Assembly: GCA_964468225.1 (NCBI GenBank)
Contig: CAYXVC010000001.1
Span: 3,386 to 64,777 of the forward strand
DNA from: an uncultured Gammaproteobacteria bacterium
GTDB lineage: Bacteria > Pseudomonadota > Gammaproteobacteria > JAADGQ01
Reading direction: 5' to 3'
DNA length: 61,392 bases
Shown here piece after piece: positions 1-10,820 of this stretch. The position numbers and the translations under genes are program-made. Position 1 is the first letter of the stretch; each line of letters opens with the position of its first letter. The notes beneath the pieces are model-generated. The model saw only the letters and a list, made by a program, of their open reading frames with translations. It searched no databases and was not told the origin of the DNA.

Positions 1-503
1 CCAACTTTAGATAGCCCTGCCTGAGTGCTGTTCTCAACAACAATACCATAGCTTTCGGCAATCAGAGCAGAAATGACACCGCTAATACGCAAAAATGCCT
101 CAAACACTTGATAAGCTCGATCTTTATCATATGTTTTCACGCAATTAGCTAATACAACTTGTTGGACTCGATTCATCATACCCAACAAATAAAGATTTTT
201 TACACCCCTCTTCACATGAAGCAAACCGATAAACCACTGGTGATCCCAAAACTCAGATCGTTGCTGACCCTTTGTAATAGTGGCGACCCAATCGGCTAAA
301 GTCTTTTCAACTTTAGGGCGCTCTCCTTCGTTAAACACTGCTTTCGTTTCATCTATCGCATACAGCGTGTCATAAAAAACAGTAACAATCTCGGGAGCCC
401 ATGAAGCAATTACTTCTGCTTCCTCCTGAAGAATATTCCAATCTTCTTCGTGGTAATCAATCAGTGATGAAATAGTATCAAAAAGCTCTGTGACTTGACT
501 CAT
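1..503 (-). CDS. Globin-coupled sensor / protoglobin-type sensor globin domain protein, N-terminal part (3' end runs off the window)
   Basis: Absent from the ORF track because it is open at the window edge. Reverse translation from ATG at 503 gives MSQVTELFDTISSLIDYHEEDWNILQEEAEVIASWAPEIVTVFYDTLY...WFIGLLHVKRGVKNLYLLG.... The layout resembles sensor-globin N-termini (DosC/HemAT type), with a His-x-x-R-G proximal-His-like segment. AAGGAG lies 8 nt upstream of the ATG. Confidence 0.55.
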   Translation of the reverse strand, partial: MSQVTELFDTISSLIDYHEEDWNILQEEAEVIASWAPEIVTVFYDTLYAIDETKAVFNEGERPKVEKTLADWVATITKGQQRSEFWDHQWFIGLLHVKRGVKNLYLLGMMNRVQQVVLANCVKTYDKDRAYQVFEAFLRISGVISALIAESYGIVVENSTQAGLSKV

Positions 504-628
504 AATAAAGATACTCCTTATCCCTAGGAACATTAACAAAATAGCCTCTACAAATTGTAAAAGCTATTTCATATTCGCTTCTTAAGTTTTTAAATGCAAT
601 AAAAAGCTAATTATGCCACTTTTTTATC
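482..628. repeat. Tandem duplication, copy A (147 bp): last 18 nt of htpG + intergenic region + first ~22 nt of the globin-sensor gene
   Basis: Aligns with 631-777 at roughly 90% identity by eye (two 1-nt indels, about a dozen substitutions). A ~40-bp core, caaaatagcctctacaaattgtaaaagctatttcatatt, is identical in both copies. Confidence 0.9.
540..568 (-). terminator. Second copy of the same hairpin (repeat copy A), 36 nt upstream of the globin-sensor start codon
   Basis: Sequence is identical to 690-718. Its position leaves no room for a promoter between hairpin and ATG, so it would be a second terminator or a 5'-leader structure. Confidence 0.35.
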
Positions 629-630
629 AT

Positions 631-777
631 AAAGTTCTGTGACTTGGCTCATAAATAAAGCACTCCTTATTCCCAGGAATAATCAACAAAATAGCCTCTA
701 CAAATTGTAAAAGCTATTTCATATTTGCTTCTTTGTTTTTAAATGCAATTAAAAATTAATTATGCCACTTTTTTATC
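631..777. repeat. Tandem duplication, copy B (147 bp); overlaps the true htpG 3' end
   Basis: Same unit as 482-628, period 149 bp. It keeps the AAGGAG and ATG of the globin gene (ATG at 652) but runs into the copy-A relic of the htpG 3' end. This gives a 13-codon ORF, MSQVTELYDKKVA (611-652, minus). Confidence 0.9.
690..718 (-). terminator. Candidate intrinsic terminator of htpG (hairpin in repeat copy B)
   Basis: The minus-strand RNA reads AAUAGCUUUUACAAUUUGUAGAGGCUAUU followed by UUGUUGAUUAUU. The stem is AAUAGC/GCUAUU plus UACAA/UUGUA with U.G/U-A pairs between them. It lies 42 nt after the htpG stop. Confidence 0.45.
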
Positions 778-2649
778 CAGCAACAATCCATTCATACGAC
801 GAACAAATGCAACAGGATCATTAAGTTGGCCACCTTCAGTCAACAAGGCTTGGTCAAACAATAACAAGCTCCACTCCTTAAAGCGCTCTTCGTCATTTTC
901 CGCTTTAATGCACTCAACCAAGGCATGATCCGGGTTAATCTCCATGATTGGAGTCACATCCGGCATACTGTGCCCCGCTTCTTTCATCAGCTTTTGTAAG
1001 CTTGCCCCCATATCGTGCTCTTCAACAACCAAACATGATGGAGAGTCAGTCAAGCGATGGCTGACTCGAACTTCTTTAACTTGATCACCAATCGCTGTTT
1101 GCATTTTCTCAACCAGAGACTTAAATGCTTCTTCAGTCTCTTTTTGCGCCTCTTTTTCCTCTTTATCTTCCAAGTCACCCAGATCCAAAGTTCCTTTAGC
1201 GATGGATTTCAGAGATTTCCCTTCGAACTCACTCAAATAAGAGATCATCCAATCGTCCACACGCTCATGCATCAACAATACTTCGATACCTTTTTTACGG
1301 AATACTTCCAGATGAGGGCTGCCTAATGCTGCGGCATAACTCTCGGCCGTAATATAATAGATATCTTTCTGTCCCTCTTTCATGCGTTCGATATACGCAT
1401 CCAGAGAGACATCTTCAACATCGTTGTCATTATGTGTTGAAGAAAAACGTAACAGTTTAGCAATGCGCTCACGATTTGCAGTATCTTCTGCAATCCCCTC
1501 TTTCATTACTTTGCCAAAAGTTTTCCAGAATTCAGCGTAAGTCTCTTGCTCACTCTTCGCCATTTTTTCCAGCTTACCCAAAATTCGGGAAACCGAAGCC
1601 GAGCGTAATTTATCGATCTGTGCATTTTTCTGTAATATTTCACGCGAAATATTCAATGGCAAATCATCAGAATCAATCACACCGCGAACAAAGCGCAGAT
1701 ACGTTGGCATCAGTTGATCTGCATCTTCCATAATAAAAACACGTTTTACATACAGTTTGATTCCGTGAGAACGTTCTCTTTCATACAGATCAAAAGGAGC
1801 CCGTTTTGGAATATAAAGCAGTGACGTATAAGACTGCGTACCTTCGACACGATTGTGGAGATAAGTCAGCGGATCTTCAAAATCATGCGCGACATGTTTG
1901 TAGAACTCTTTGTACTCTTCTTCTGTGATCTCCTTCTTAGGACGAACCCAAAGAGCAGAAGCACGATTCACCGCTTCATATTCATCTTCTTTGCCCTCTT
2001 CTGTCGACTTCATTTCGATAGGCAAATTGATGTGATCTGAATAGCGCGTGATAATTGAGCGCAATTGATAACTTTCTAACAGTTCGTCTTCACCCTCTTT
2101 CAGATGCAAAACAATCTCGGTTCCGCGAGCTGCTTTTTCAACAGTTTCCAGTGAATAGGTACCTTCCGCTTCTGACTCCCAACGCGCACCATGTTCATGA
2201 CCCAAACCCGCTTTCCGTGTGGTCAACGTCACCTTGTCTGCAACAATAAATGCGGAGTAAAACCCCACACCAAATTGACCAATCAGATGAGAATCTTTCG
2301 CCTGATCACCTGTTAATGCTGACATAAACTGCTTGGTACCCGATTTAGCAATCGTACCAATGTGATCAACCACCTCTTCACGAGTCATGCCGATGCCATT
2401 ATCCGTAATCGTAATAGTGCGTTTCTCTTTATCAAAATCGACTCTGATTTTGAAATCACTGTCGCCTTCATACAGTGCATCATCAGCCAGCGCTTCGAAA
2501 CGTAGCTTGTCGCAAGCATCAGACGCATTGGAGATCAGCTCCCGTAAAAAAATCTCTTTATTCGAATAAAGAGAGTTGATCATCAGTTTCAATAACTGAT
2601 TGACCTCGGTTTGAAATCCCAGCGTTTCTTTGTGTGATTCAATTGTCAT
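760..2649 (-). CDS. htpG: Molecular chaperone HtpG (Hsp90)
   Basis: The 642-aa ORF carries [14 protein letters not shown] and [11 protein letters not shown] motifs and is full-length collinear with HtpG. I prefer the start at Met14 ([13 protein letters not shown]) because GGGGA lies upstream. Confidence 0.95.
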   Translation of the reverse strand: MTIESHKETLGFQTEVNQLLKLMINSLYSNKEIFLRELISNASDACDKLRFEALADDALYEGDSDFKIRVDFDKEKRTITITDNGIGMTREEVVDHIGTIAKSGTKQFMSALTGDQAKDSHLIGQFGVGFYSAFIVADKVTLTTRKAGLGHEHGARWESEAEGTYSLETVEKAARGTEIVLHLKEGEDELLESYQLRSIITRYSDHINLPIEMKSTEEGKEDEYEAVNRASALWVRPKKEITEEEYKEFYKHVAHDFEDPLTYLHNRVEGTQSYTSLLYIPKRAPFDLYERERSHGIKLYVKRVFIMEDADQLMPTYLRFVRGVIDSDDLPLNISREILQKNAQIDKLRSASVSRILGKLEKMAKSEQETYAEFWKTFGKVMKEGIAEDTANRERIAKLLRFSSTHNDNDVEDVSLDAYIERMKEGQKDIYYITAESYAAALGSPHLEVFRKKGIEVLLMHERVDDWMISYLSEFEGKSLKSIAKGTLDLGDLEDKEEKEAQKETEEAFKSLVEKMQTAIGDQVKEVRVSHRLTDSPSCLVVEEHDMGASLQKLMKEAGHSMPDVTPIMEINPDHALVECIKAENDEERFKEWSLLLFDQALLTEGGQLNDPVAFVRRMNGLLLDKKVA

Positions 2650-2699
2650 AGCAGGCTGTTTCCCCTTGGTTTTTCCATTTATTAACAAACGATGGCAGA

Positions 2700-2729
2700 A
2701 TAGTGGGTTCGACCTGCCGGTTTTTCAAG
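2700..2729 (-). promoter_or_regulatory. Sigma-32 (heat-shock) type promoter for htpG
   Basis: The minus strand reads CTTGAAA-15 nt-CCCACTAT, against the consensus CTTGAAA-N13-17-CCCCATNT. It lies about 50 nt upstream of the htpG ATG. Confidence 0.6.
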
Positions 2730-2770
2730 GTCTACCGATACGTTCCTAACGCCCTCTTTTATATTGATAA

Positions 2771-4417
<1,647 letters not shown>

Positions 4418-4433
4418 GAAGTCACCACTGACC

Positions 4434-4859
4434 TTGTGGCGTGATTTTCAGTTCTGGGCGGTTATTGCAACCGCCCTTCTGTTTTTGTACGGACTCTATC
4501 TATGGGCTCAACCCACTATAGATTTGGCATGGCCACTCAATTTTCCTAAAGAGTTTTTACTACTTGTTTTGATCTATCCAGTGTTGGAAGAGATTGTATT
4601 CCGAGGTTTATTACAAGAACGTTTTCATTACTGGATTTCATATCAGCTACCCGGCCCGATCAGCGCCTCTAACTTCATCACCAGCCTTATCTTTACAGCG
4701 ATGCATTTCATTTACCATCCACCACTCTGGGCTGCTGCTGTGCTTATTCCATCACTGGCATTTGGCTATTTTAAAGATCGATATGGAAGCCTGAAAGCCC
4801 CAATAATACTCCACATTTTTTTCAATGCAGGTTATTTTTTGATTTTCTTCAAGCCCTGA
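4434..4859 (+). CDS. CPBP-family (CAAX-type) intramembrane glutamic protease, short form; start codon uncertain
   Basis: Motifs EEIVFRGLL, FTAMHF and HIFFNAG occur in a 4-TM hydrophobic protein. The long ORF (4092-) overlaps pgm by 326 nt. There is no in-frame ATG after the pgm stop, and the first plausible start is TTG at 4434. Confidence 0.6.
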   Translation: MWRDFQFWAVIATALLFLYGLYLWAQPTIDLAWPLNFPKEFLLLVLIYPVLEEIVFRGLLQERFHYWISYQLPGPISASNFITSLIFTAMHFIYHPPLWAAAVLIPSLAFGYFKDRYGSLKAPIILHIFFNAGYFLIFFKP

Positions 4860-4863
4860 ATAT

Positions 4864-5310
4864 TTACGACAGAGAGTTATTTTTCAGACGATACCCTTGT
4901 GCAAGACAATGGTTAAGCCACTCTCTTAAAAACAGATTGACATCACGCTTCTCATTTTGGAAAGGGACTTTGGCTAAAATGAAAGGATAGACCGCAAAAA
5001 ACTTCGAATCTTGCTGGCAAGCCACAACTTCGGCAAGCCGGGCATCATGATAAATACGAATTTTTACTGAGGGGTTTACAACAAACAGATCATGGCTTTT
5101 CAAATCATGGTTCAGCGTAATGGAAGTTGTAAATTTACAACGTTCGACCACCGAAACCGTCACAGTGTGTGAATCATCGCTCAATAATAAAACCTCATCA
5201 GGAAGTGTTTCAAGCCCTTGAGTGAGCTTGAGCAATAACCGATAATTAATTTCATACACTCTTGCCCAGGAATAAAATCGGCGTATTCGAACCCGATTAT
5301 CAAGCCTCAT
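4864..5310 (-). CDS. DUF1249 family protein (YqiB-like)
   Basis: YHDARLAEVVACQQ and NLFLREWLNHCLAQG match my memory of E. coli YqiB (YHDAMVAEV..SSQQ, NQFLADWLRYCLAHG). Confidence 0.75.
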   Translation of the reverse strand: MRLDNRVRIRRFYSWARVYEINYRLLLKLTQGLETLPDEVLLLSDDSHTVTVSVVERCKFTTSITLNHDLKSHDLFVVNPSVKIRIYHDARLAEVVACQQDSKFFAVYPFILAKVPFQNEKRDVNLFLREWLNHCLAQGYRLKNNSLS

Positions 5311-5318
5311 GATGGCTT

Positions 5319-6401
5319 TTAATCCTGTTTCGATGCAATTGCATCACGAATCTCTTTTTCCATGCGATCAATCAATTGTTCATTGGAAACTTTATGATCC
5401 GGTTTACCATTGAGGTAAATCAGGTTGGGTGTTCCACCCGTCACCGCGACTTGTACTTCACGCGCCTCTCCAGGCCCGTTCACCACGCAGCCAATCACAG
5501 CAACATCCAAGGGTTCAATAATATCTTCCAGCCGCTCTTCCAATGCATTCACTGTGCTAATCACATCAAAGTTCTGCCGTGAGCAACTTGGACAAGCAAT
5601 TAAATTAATACCCTTGCTGCGTAAGTGGAGGCTTTTCAAAATATCGAAGCCCACCTTGATCTCCTGCACGGGATCAGCCGCCAGAGAGACACGCAACGTA
5701 TCACCGATTCCTTCGGCTAATAACATACCCAAACCAATTGCAGATTTGACGGTGCCTGCACGAAAACCACCCGCTTCAGTAATTCCCAAATGCAGCGGTT
5801 GCTCAATTTGGCTTGCCAGAATTCGATAAGCCGCCACGGTCATGAAAACATCAGAAGCTTTCAGGCTGATTTTGAAATCTTGAAAATCATATTGATTAAG
5901 CAGGTCAACGTGCCGCATTGCAGAATCAACCATCGCTTGTGGCGTGGGTTCTTTATAACGCTGAAGAAGCTCTTTTTCCAAAGAGCCTGCATTCACTCCA
6001 ATACGGATCGGAATATTATGCTCACGCGCACAATCAACCACTGCCTTCACACGATCATCACGTCCGATATTTCCGGGGTTAATGCGCAGGCAATCCACGC
6101 CAAGCTCCGCAACACGCAGTGCAATTTTATAATCAAAATGGATGTCTGCAACTAAAGGAACTTCAACCTCTTTGCGGATGGCACCAAAAGCTTCTGCTGC
6201 GTCCATGGTAGGTATAGATACACGTACAATATCAGCACCAACACTCTCTAACGCTCTGATTTGTGCCACGGTCGCCTGTACATCACAGGTATCCGTATTA
6301 GTCATACTCTGAACCGAAATGGGTGCATCACCACCCACCGCAACAGAGCCGACCTGAATTTGTCTGGACACTCGGCGTTTGATTGTTGTTTTAAAGCTCA
6401 T
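5319..6401 (-). CDS. ispG: 4-hydroxy-3-methylbut-2-en-1-yl diphosphate synthase (flavodoxin)
   Basis: Collinear with IspG, with C-terminal CPSC...GC Fe-S ligands ([17 protein letters not shown]). I take the start at Met19 (MSFKTT..), which overlaps the rodZ stop by 11 nt. Confidence 0.93.
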   Translation of the reverse strand: MSFKTTIKRRVSRQIQVGSVAVGGDAPISVQSMTNTDTCDVQATVAQIRALESVGADIVRVSIPTMDAAEAFGAIRKEVEVPLVADIHFDYKIALRVAELGVDCLRINPGNIGRDDRVKAVVDCAREHNIPIRIGVNAGSLEKELLQRYKEPTPQAMVDSAMRHVDLLNQYDFQDFKISLKASDVFMTVAAYRILASQIEQPLHLGITEAGGFRAGTVKSAIGLGMLLAEGIGDTLRVSLAADPVQEIKVGFDILKSLHLRSKGINLIACPSCSRQNFDVISTVNALEERLEDIIEPLDVAVIGCVVNGPGEAREVQVAVTGGTPNLIYLNGKPDHKVSNEQLIDRMEKEIRDAIASKQD

Positions 6402-7347
6402 CGGTATTTGCCTTGTCCCCCGCTTTACCCAATGTAAAACGTGCCATTTTTCCACGGATATAGGGGATTAAATCAAAAGGTTTACCGTTATATTGAATCG
6501 TTACACCGATTGCATAACCCAAAAGAACATCAAAAGGAGCGACGCCCGACACATTAAGCTCGCTGCCACTTTTTGCCAAATTAAAATATAAGCGCTGACC
6601 TGAAGAGTCAGTAATCTCTACCCAGGAATCTTCTATAAATTTTAGTACCATTGTGACATGGCTTTCTTCAGATAAAATTTTACTGGAGGATTGTTTTACA
6701 CTAACAGATGGGTTAACAACAGGTTCTGATTCAGTTTCAATGGCTGGAACAGAATCTCCAGCACGAAAATTATTTTCGACCCAATGATCTTCCGGCAGTT
6801 CTATTTCTATACTTTCACTATTTTGAAAAATATTCTCTGAAGCCAGTGCTTCTATTTCATCACCAACGTCGACACGCTCTTCAAATGTATTTGTTACCAC
6901 CACTTTTTCTTTCGGTTCAGAACTATTAAACAGATAAACAAACAAGAGCAAAGCCAAACAGACAGCCACCAGAGATAAAATCTGCCAACGCGGTAAAGCA
7001 TGTTGCTCTGATACTTGATCTTTGGTTTTACAAACATTCTCCAACACAGGCAAAGGTTGCTCTGTTTCACTGTTTTCGTAAAGCTTGATTAAAGTTTCAG
7101 GGTTTAAACCCACCAAGTGTGAATAACTGCGAATATAACCTTTAACAAAAATAGCTTCCGGTAAAGCACTATAATCATCACGCTCCAATGCACTAATAAT
7201 ACTTTTATCCAGATACAACTGCTCTGCAACATCCATCTGGCTCAACTGGTTTGATTCACGAGCTTTACGCAACTCTGAACCAACCCCAATGGCAACAGAA
7301 GAGTGCTGTTGATCATCTTTGCTGGCAGATTCCATAAATGCCTTCAT
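6391..7347 (-). CDS. rodZ: Cytoskeleton protein RodZ (HTH + TM + C-terminal DUF4115-like domain)
   Basis: N-terminal XRE-type HTH ([19 protein letters not shown]), a single TM segment, and a conserved position between pilW and ispG. The ATG at 7347 forms an ATGA overlap with the pilW stop. Confidence 0.8.
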   Translation of the reverse strand: MKAFMESASKDDQQHSSVAIGVGSELRKARESNQLSQMDVAEQLYLDKSIISALERDDYSALPEAIFVKGYIRSYSHLVGLNPETLIKLYENSETEQPLPVLENVCKTKDQVSEQHALPRWQILSLVAVCLALLLFVYLFNSSEPKEKVVVTNTFEERVDVGDEIEALASENIFQNSESIEIELPEDHWVENNFRAGDSVPAIETESEPVVNPSVSVKQSSSKILSEESHVTMVLKFIEDSWVEITDSSGQRLYFNLAKSGSELNVSGVAPFDVLLGYAIGVTIQYNGKPFDLIPYIRGKMARFTLGKAGDKANTDEL

Positions 7348-8096
7348 GGTTTTTTCGACTCCAGATACCATAGCGCTTCCTGAGAATCAGGAAACTTCCC
7401 GGTCAAAGCGTTGGCGTATCGTGCCATCACTGCTTGATCTCCATTATGACGCTCTATTCGCAGACCTAACCATAACGTTTCAGGCGTTTGCTCTGCAAGC
7501 CCTTCATAGCGTTGAAGAAACGCACGCGCTTGCATATAGTTTCCCTGCTCAAACTCAAGAAGTGCTAATTGATACAGTGAACGTGCCTGAAGCGGATGCA
7601 TTTCTATAGCTTTACGAAAATAAAATTCAGCCCGCTCCTTATCCGGTATACGCAATGCACACAGCCCTGCATTTTCATACGCTTCCTCTGGTGTGGCATA
7701 AAGAGGATTGCGTGCACTCACCAAAAAGTGTTTTTCGGCATCTTTATAACGCGTTTGTTCGCACAAAAACACACCGTAATTATTTTGCATCGGTGAATCT
7801 CCCGGTGCGCGTTTTATTGCCTTTAAATAATGCGATTCCGCCAGCGCCGCCTGCCCCAACAAGCGATAACTCTCTGCAATATAGTGATGTGTTGAGGGCA
7901 ACTCCGGCTTTAACTCCAACGCTTTTCGCAACTTTTCAACACCCTCCCTCTTATTGCCTTGACGGATATAAGCATGTGCCAATTGCGCATTGACCTCTGC
8001 CGCAGATTGCTGATTGTCTTTAGGTGATTGTTTCGACGCAGAACTGCAGGCCACCACACTCACCATGATGATAAAAAACAGAATAGTTTTGTCCAT
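7344..8096 (-). CDS. pilW: Type IV pilus biogenesis/stability TPR lipoprotein PilW (PilF)
   Basis: Lipoprotein signal [20 protein letters not shown] repeats, and conserved rlmN-pilW-rodZ-ispG synteny. TAATG overlap with the rlmN stop. Confidence 0.8.
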   Translation of the reverse strand: MDKTILFFIIMVSVVACSSASKQSPKDNQQSAAEVNAQLAHAYIRQGNKREGVEKLRKALELKPELPSTHHYIAESYRLLGQAALAESHYLKAIKRAPGDSPMQNNYGVFLCEQTRYKDAEKHFLVSARNPLYATPEEAYENAGLCALRIPDKERAEFYFRKAIEMHPLQARSLYQLALLEFEQGNYMQARAFLQRYEGLAEQTPETLWLGLRIERHNGDQAVMARYANALTGKFPDSQEALWYLESKKP

Positions 8097-9199
8097 TAAA
8101 CTAGCTCACTTATTGTATTGCGTTTGGTTCGATCTTTTACTTGCCCTGCTAACTGCCCACACGCGGCATCAATATCTTCACCACGCGGCTTACGAGTCAT
8201 TGTAATAAAACCGGCAGCCATCAAAATTTGCCGGAATTGCTCAATCGCTTCCGCTGTCGAACAGACATAGTCCGTCCCGGGAAAAGGGTTAAATGGAATT
8301 AAATTAATTTTTGACGGAATCCCCTTAAGCATTTTAACAAGCTGCCTTGCATGTGCGGGCAGATCATTCACACCATCAATCATGACATACTCAAACGTAA
8401 TTGATCGCCCCGGCAGTTTAGTAGTATAGCGCTTACATGCCGCCATCAAGCGTTCGAGCGGGTATTTTTTATTAATTGGCACTAACGTATTGCGTATTTC
8501 ATCGGTCGTCGCGTGCAAAGAGATCGCCAGACTCGCATCACTCATGTCAGTAAAACGATCCAACGCAGGCACCACACCCGCTGTGCTTAAAGTAATTCGC
8601 CGTTTGGATAAGCCAAAGCACAAATCATCCATCATCAGATTCATCGCACTGATGACATTGTTCAAATTAAGCAGGGGCTCGCCCATACCCATCAAAACAA
8701 CATTAGTAATGGGGCGCGATTTTTCACCCTTATCCTTTAAGTATTGATCAACCCACAAAACCTGACCAATCATTTCACTCACTGTTAAATTACGATTAAA
8801 ACCTTGCTGCGCTGTGCAGCAAAAAGAGCAATCCAGAGCACAACCGACTTGAGAGGAAATACACAAGGTGCCTCGCTCTTTTTCAGGGATCAAAACCGTT
8901 TCAATGGAGTTGCCACCGTCTAGCTGAAAAAGCCATTTACAGGTGCCATCTTTCGATATTTGCTCCCGTACCATTTCAGGTATTTTTATTTCAGCACTCT
9001 CTTTCAAGTGGTTTCGAAGTGCTTTGCTCAGATTAGTCATCTCATCAAAGTCATGTACCCCAACCTGATAGATCCATTTTAGTACCTGAGAAGTGCGAAA
9101 GGCCTTTTCACCCATTTGAGCAAAAAAGGCCTCCATCGCTTGCCGATCCAAATCTAACAGATTAGTTTTGGTCGGGCTTTTTTTTATCTCAATACTCAA
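8096..9199 (-). CDS. rlmN: 23S rRNA/tRNA (adenine-C2)-methyltransferase RlmN (radical SAM)
   Basis: 367 aa with radical-SAM motif CALDCSFC and GMGEPL. Sits in ndk-rlmN synteny. Confidence 0.93.
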   Translation of the reverse strand: MSIEIKKSPTKTNLLDLDRQAMEAFFAQMGEKAFRTSQVLKWIYQVGVHDFDEMTNLSKALRNHLKESAEIKIPEMVREQISKDGTCKWLFQLDGGNSIETVLIPEKERGTLCISSQVGCALDCSFCCTAQQGFNRNLTVSEMIGQVLWVDQYLKDKGEKSRPITNVVLMGMGEPLLNLNNVISAMNLMMDDLCFGLSKRRITLSTAGVVPALDRFTDMSDASLAISLHATTDEIRNTLVPINKKYPLERLMAACKRYTTKLPGRSITFEYVMIDGVNDLPAHARQLVKMLKGIPSKINLIPFNPFPGTDYVCSTAEAIEQFRQILMAAGFITMTRKPRGEDIDAACGQLAGQVKDRTKRNTISELV

Positions 9200-9205
9200 A
9201 GTAAA

Positions 9206-9643
9206 TTACCGAGAGCGAGTGCAAACACAGCTTCCGGAATTGGCACCGAAAAAATATTCGATCTCTTCTTTAGCTGTTTCAGCGGCATCCGAACCGTGCA
9301 CTGCATTTTCATCAATAGAACTTGCGAAATCTGCACGAATCGTCCCTTTTGCCGCTTCTGAAGGGTTGGTTGCACCCATCAGCTCACGATTTTTTGCAAT
9401 CGCATTTTCGCCTTCAAGCACTTGCAACATCACAGGGCCGGAAATCATGAATGAGACCAGATCATTGAAAAACGGACGCTCTTTATGCACCGCATAAAAA
9501 CCTTCTGCTTGCTCACGTGTCAATTGCTCCATTCTTGAAGCAACAACTTTCAAACCCGCTGTTTCAAAACGGCTATAAATTTTTCCAATCACATTTTTTG
9601 CGACGGCATCTGGCTTGATAATAGAAAATGTACGTTCAATCAC
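9206..9643 (-). CDS. ndk: Nucleoside-diphosphate kinase
   Basis: [14 protein letters not shown]... and NAVHGSD (active-site His). 145 aa. Confidence 0.95.
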   Translation of the reverse strand: MIERTFSIIKPDAVAKNVIGKIYSRFETAGLKVVASRMEQLTREQAEGFYAVHKERPFFNDLVSFMISGPVMLQVLEGENAIAKNRELMGATNPSEAAKGTIRADFASSIDENAVHGSDAAETAKEEIEYFFGANSGSCVCTRSR

Positions 9644-9699
9644 TACTCATAATCTCCAAAGTTTTTTGTAAAATTCAAGGAGGAAGTGTAGCGGTTTAT

Positions 9700-10719
9700 T
9701 TAGGCTTTAGCCACTGATAGATCAATCATCGCTTTAAAAGGTTCACCTGCATTTTCCTGCACTAATTTTGGCACCAGATAGCCCGGCAATCGAGTGCGCA
9801 GTGCCGTCATCAAATCAATCGCTTCTGCCTGTTCAACCTCAAAGTGTGCAGCACCCTGAACTTTATCCAAAAGGTGCAAATAATAGGGTAGAACATCTGT
9901 TTTAAATAACGCCTCACTTAAACCTTCCAACGCTTCAACAGAATCATTCACTCCGCGTAATAAAACAGTCTGGTTGAGCAAAGTCGCACCGGTTTTTCTT
10001 ATTTTGTAAATAGCATCGCTGACATCGACATCAATCTCATTAGCATGATTCACATGCAAAACCACCACCATTTTAATTTTTTTCTGTAACTGGCTGAGTC
10101 GTTCGACAAACTCATGATCAATTCTGGAAGGTAGAGCAATCGGTGTGCGCGTATGCAAACGCAATCTGCGAATATGAGGTATCTCTTCAAGACGCTGCAT
10201 CAATTGGAAAAGTCGATCATTATTCAGTGTCAGTGGATCTCCGCCACTTAAAATGACCTCACTCATTTCCTTGTCATTTTCCAGATAACTAAAAACCTCT
10301 TCCCATTGCGCTGTTGTCAGAGTGACTTCCTGATAGGGAAAATGACGACGAAAGCAGTATCGGCAATGAATCGCACAAGCGGAGCTTGCGATTAACAGTG
10401 CCCTACCATGGTATTTATGCAAAATACCTCTACGCGGCATTGAACCGGACTCATTCAATGGATCGTCAGTAAAACCAGCGACATTCCGCAACTCATCGCC
10501 ATGAGGTAATATCTGGCGCAGCAGTGGATCATTCAGATCATTTTTTTGAATCCGGTCAATCCACGCCAATGGCACTCGAAGCGGAAAGCTTTGATGAGCA
10601 CCTTGCATACCCATCGCCTGTTTGTCTGATAATAGTGGCAACATACTTGCCAACACATCCGGAGATTTAATTGATCGCGCCAGCTCTTGCTGCCATTCTT
10701 TTTTTACTTGATTTGCCAT
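9700..10719 (-). CDS. epmB: EF-P beta-lysylation protein EpmB (lysine 2,3-aminomutase family)
   Basis: Radical-SAM motif CAIHCRYCFRR, KamA-family collinearity, length around 340 aa. The start is either ATG at 10719 or TTG at 10728. Confidence 0.85.
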   Translation of the reverse strand: MANQVKKEWQQELARSIKSPDVLASMLPLLSDKQAMGMQGAHQSFPLRVPLAWIDRIQKNDLNDPLLRQILPHGDELRNVAGFTDDPLNESGSMPRRGILHKYHGRALLIASSACAIHCRYCFRRHFPYQEVTLTTAQWEEVFSYLENDKEMSEVILSGGDPLTLNNDRLFQLMQRLEEIPHIRRLRLHTRTPIALPSRIDHEFVERLSQLQKKIKMVVVLHVNHANEIDVDVSDAIYKIRKTGATLLNQTVLLRGVNDSVEALEGLSEALFKTDVLPYYLHLLDKVQGAAHFEVEQAEAIDLMTALRTRLPGYLVPKLVQENAGEPFKAMIDLSVAKA

Positions 10720-10782
10720 GTTCGGCAAAGATACAGGAAAGACTGTTTAAGTGAAAATCCTGCTTTCTGAATTCAAACAAAT

Positions 10783-10804
10783 AAGCCCCCAATAAAGGGG
10801 GCTT
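10783..10804 (-). terminator. Intrinsic terminator after the 645-aa lipoprotein gene
   Basis: AAGCCCCC-6 nt loop-GGGGGCTT, followed on the minus strand by ATTTGTTTGAAT. It lies 17 nt after the stop codon. Confidence 0.75.
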
Positions 10805-10820
10805 ACTATGTTTAAGAAAA

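Noticed and set aside
743-2569. Plus-strand ORFs of 60-89 aa inside htpG (743-928, 1057-1326, 1476-1733 and others).
   Set aside because: They are antisense to a full-length conserved chaperone gene, with low-complexity products and no translation signals.
2700-2715. GGGTTCGACC string resembling a tRNA T-loop in the htpG-pgm intergenic region.
   Set aside because: The flanking bases cannot form a T-stem or the rest of a cloverleaf. On the other strand the segment fits the -10 element and spacer of a sigma-32 promoter.
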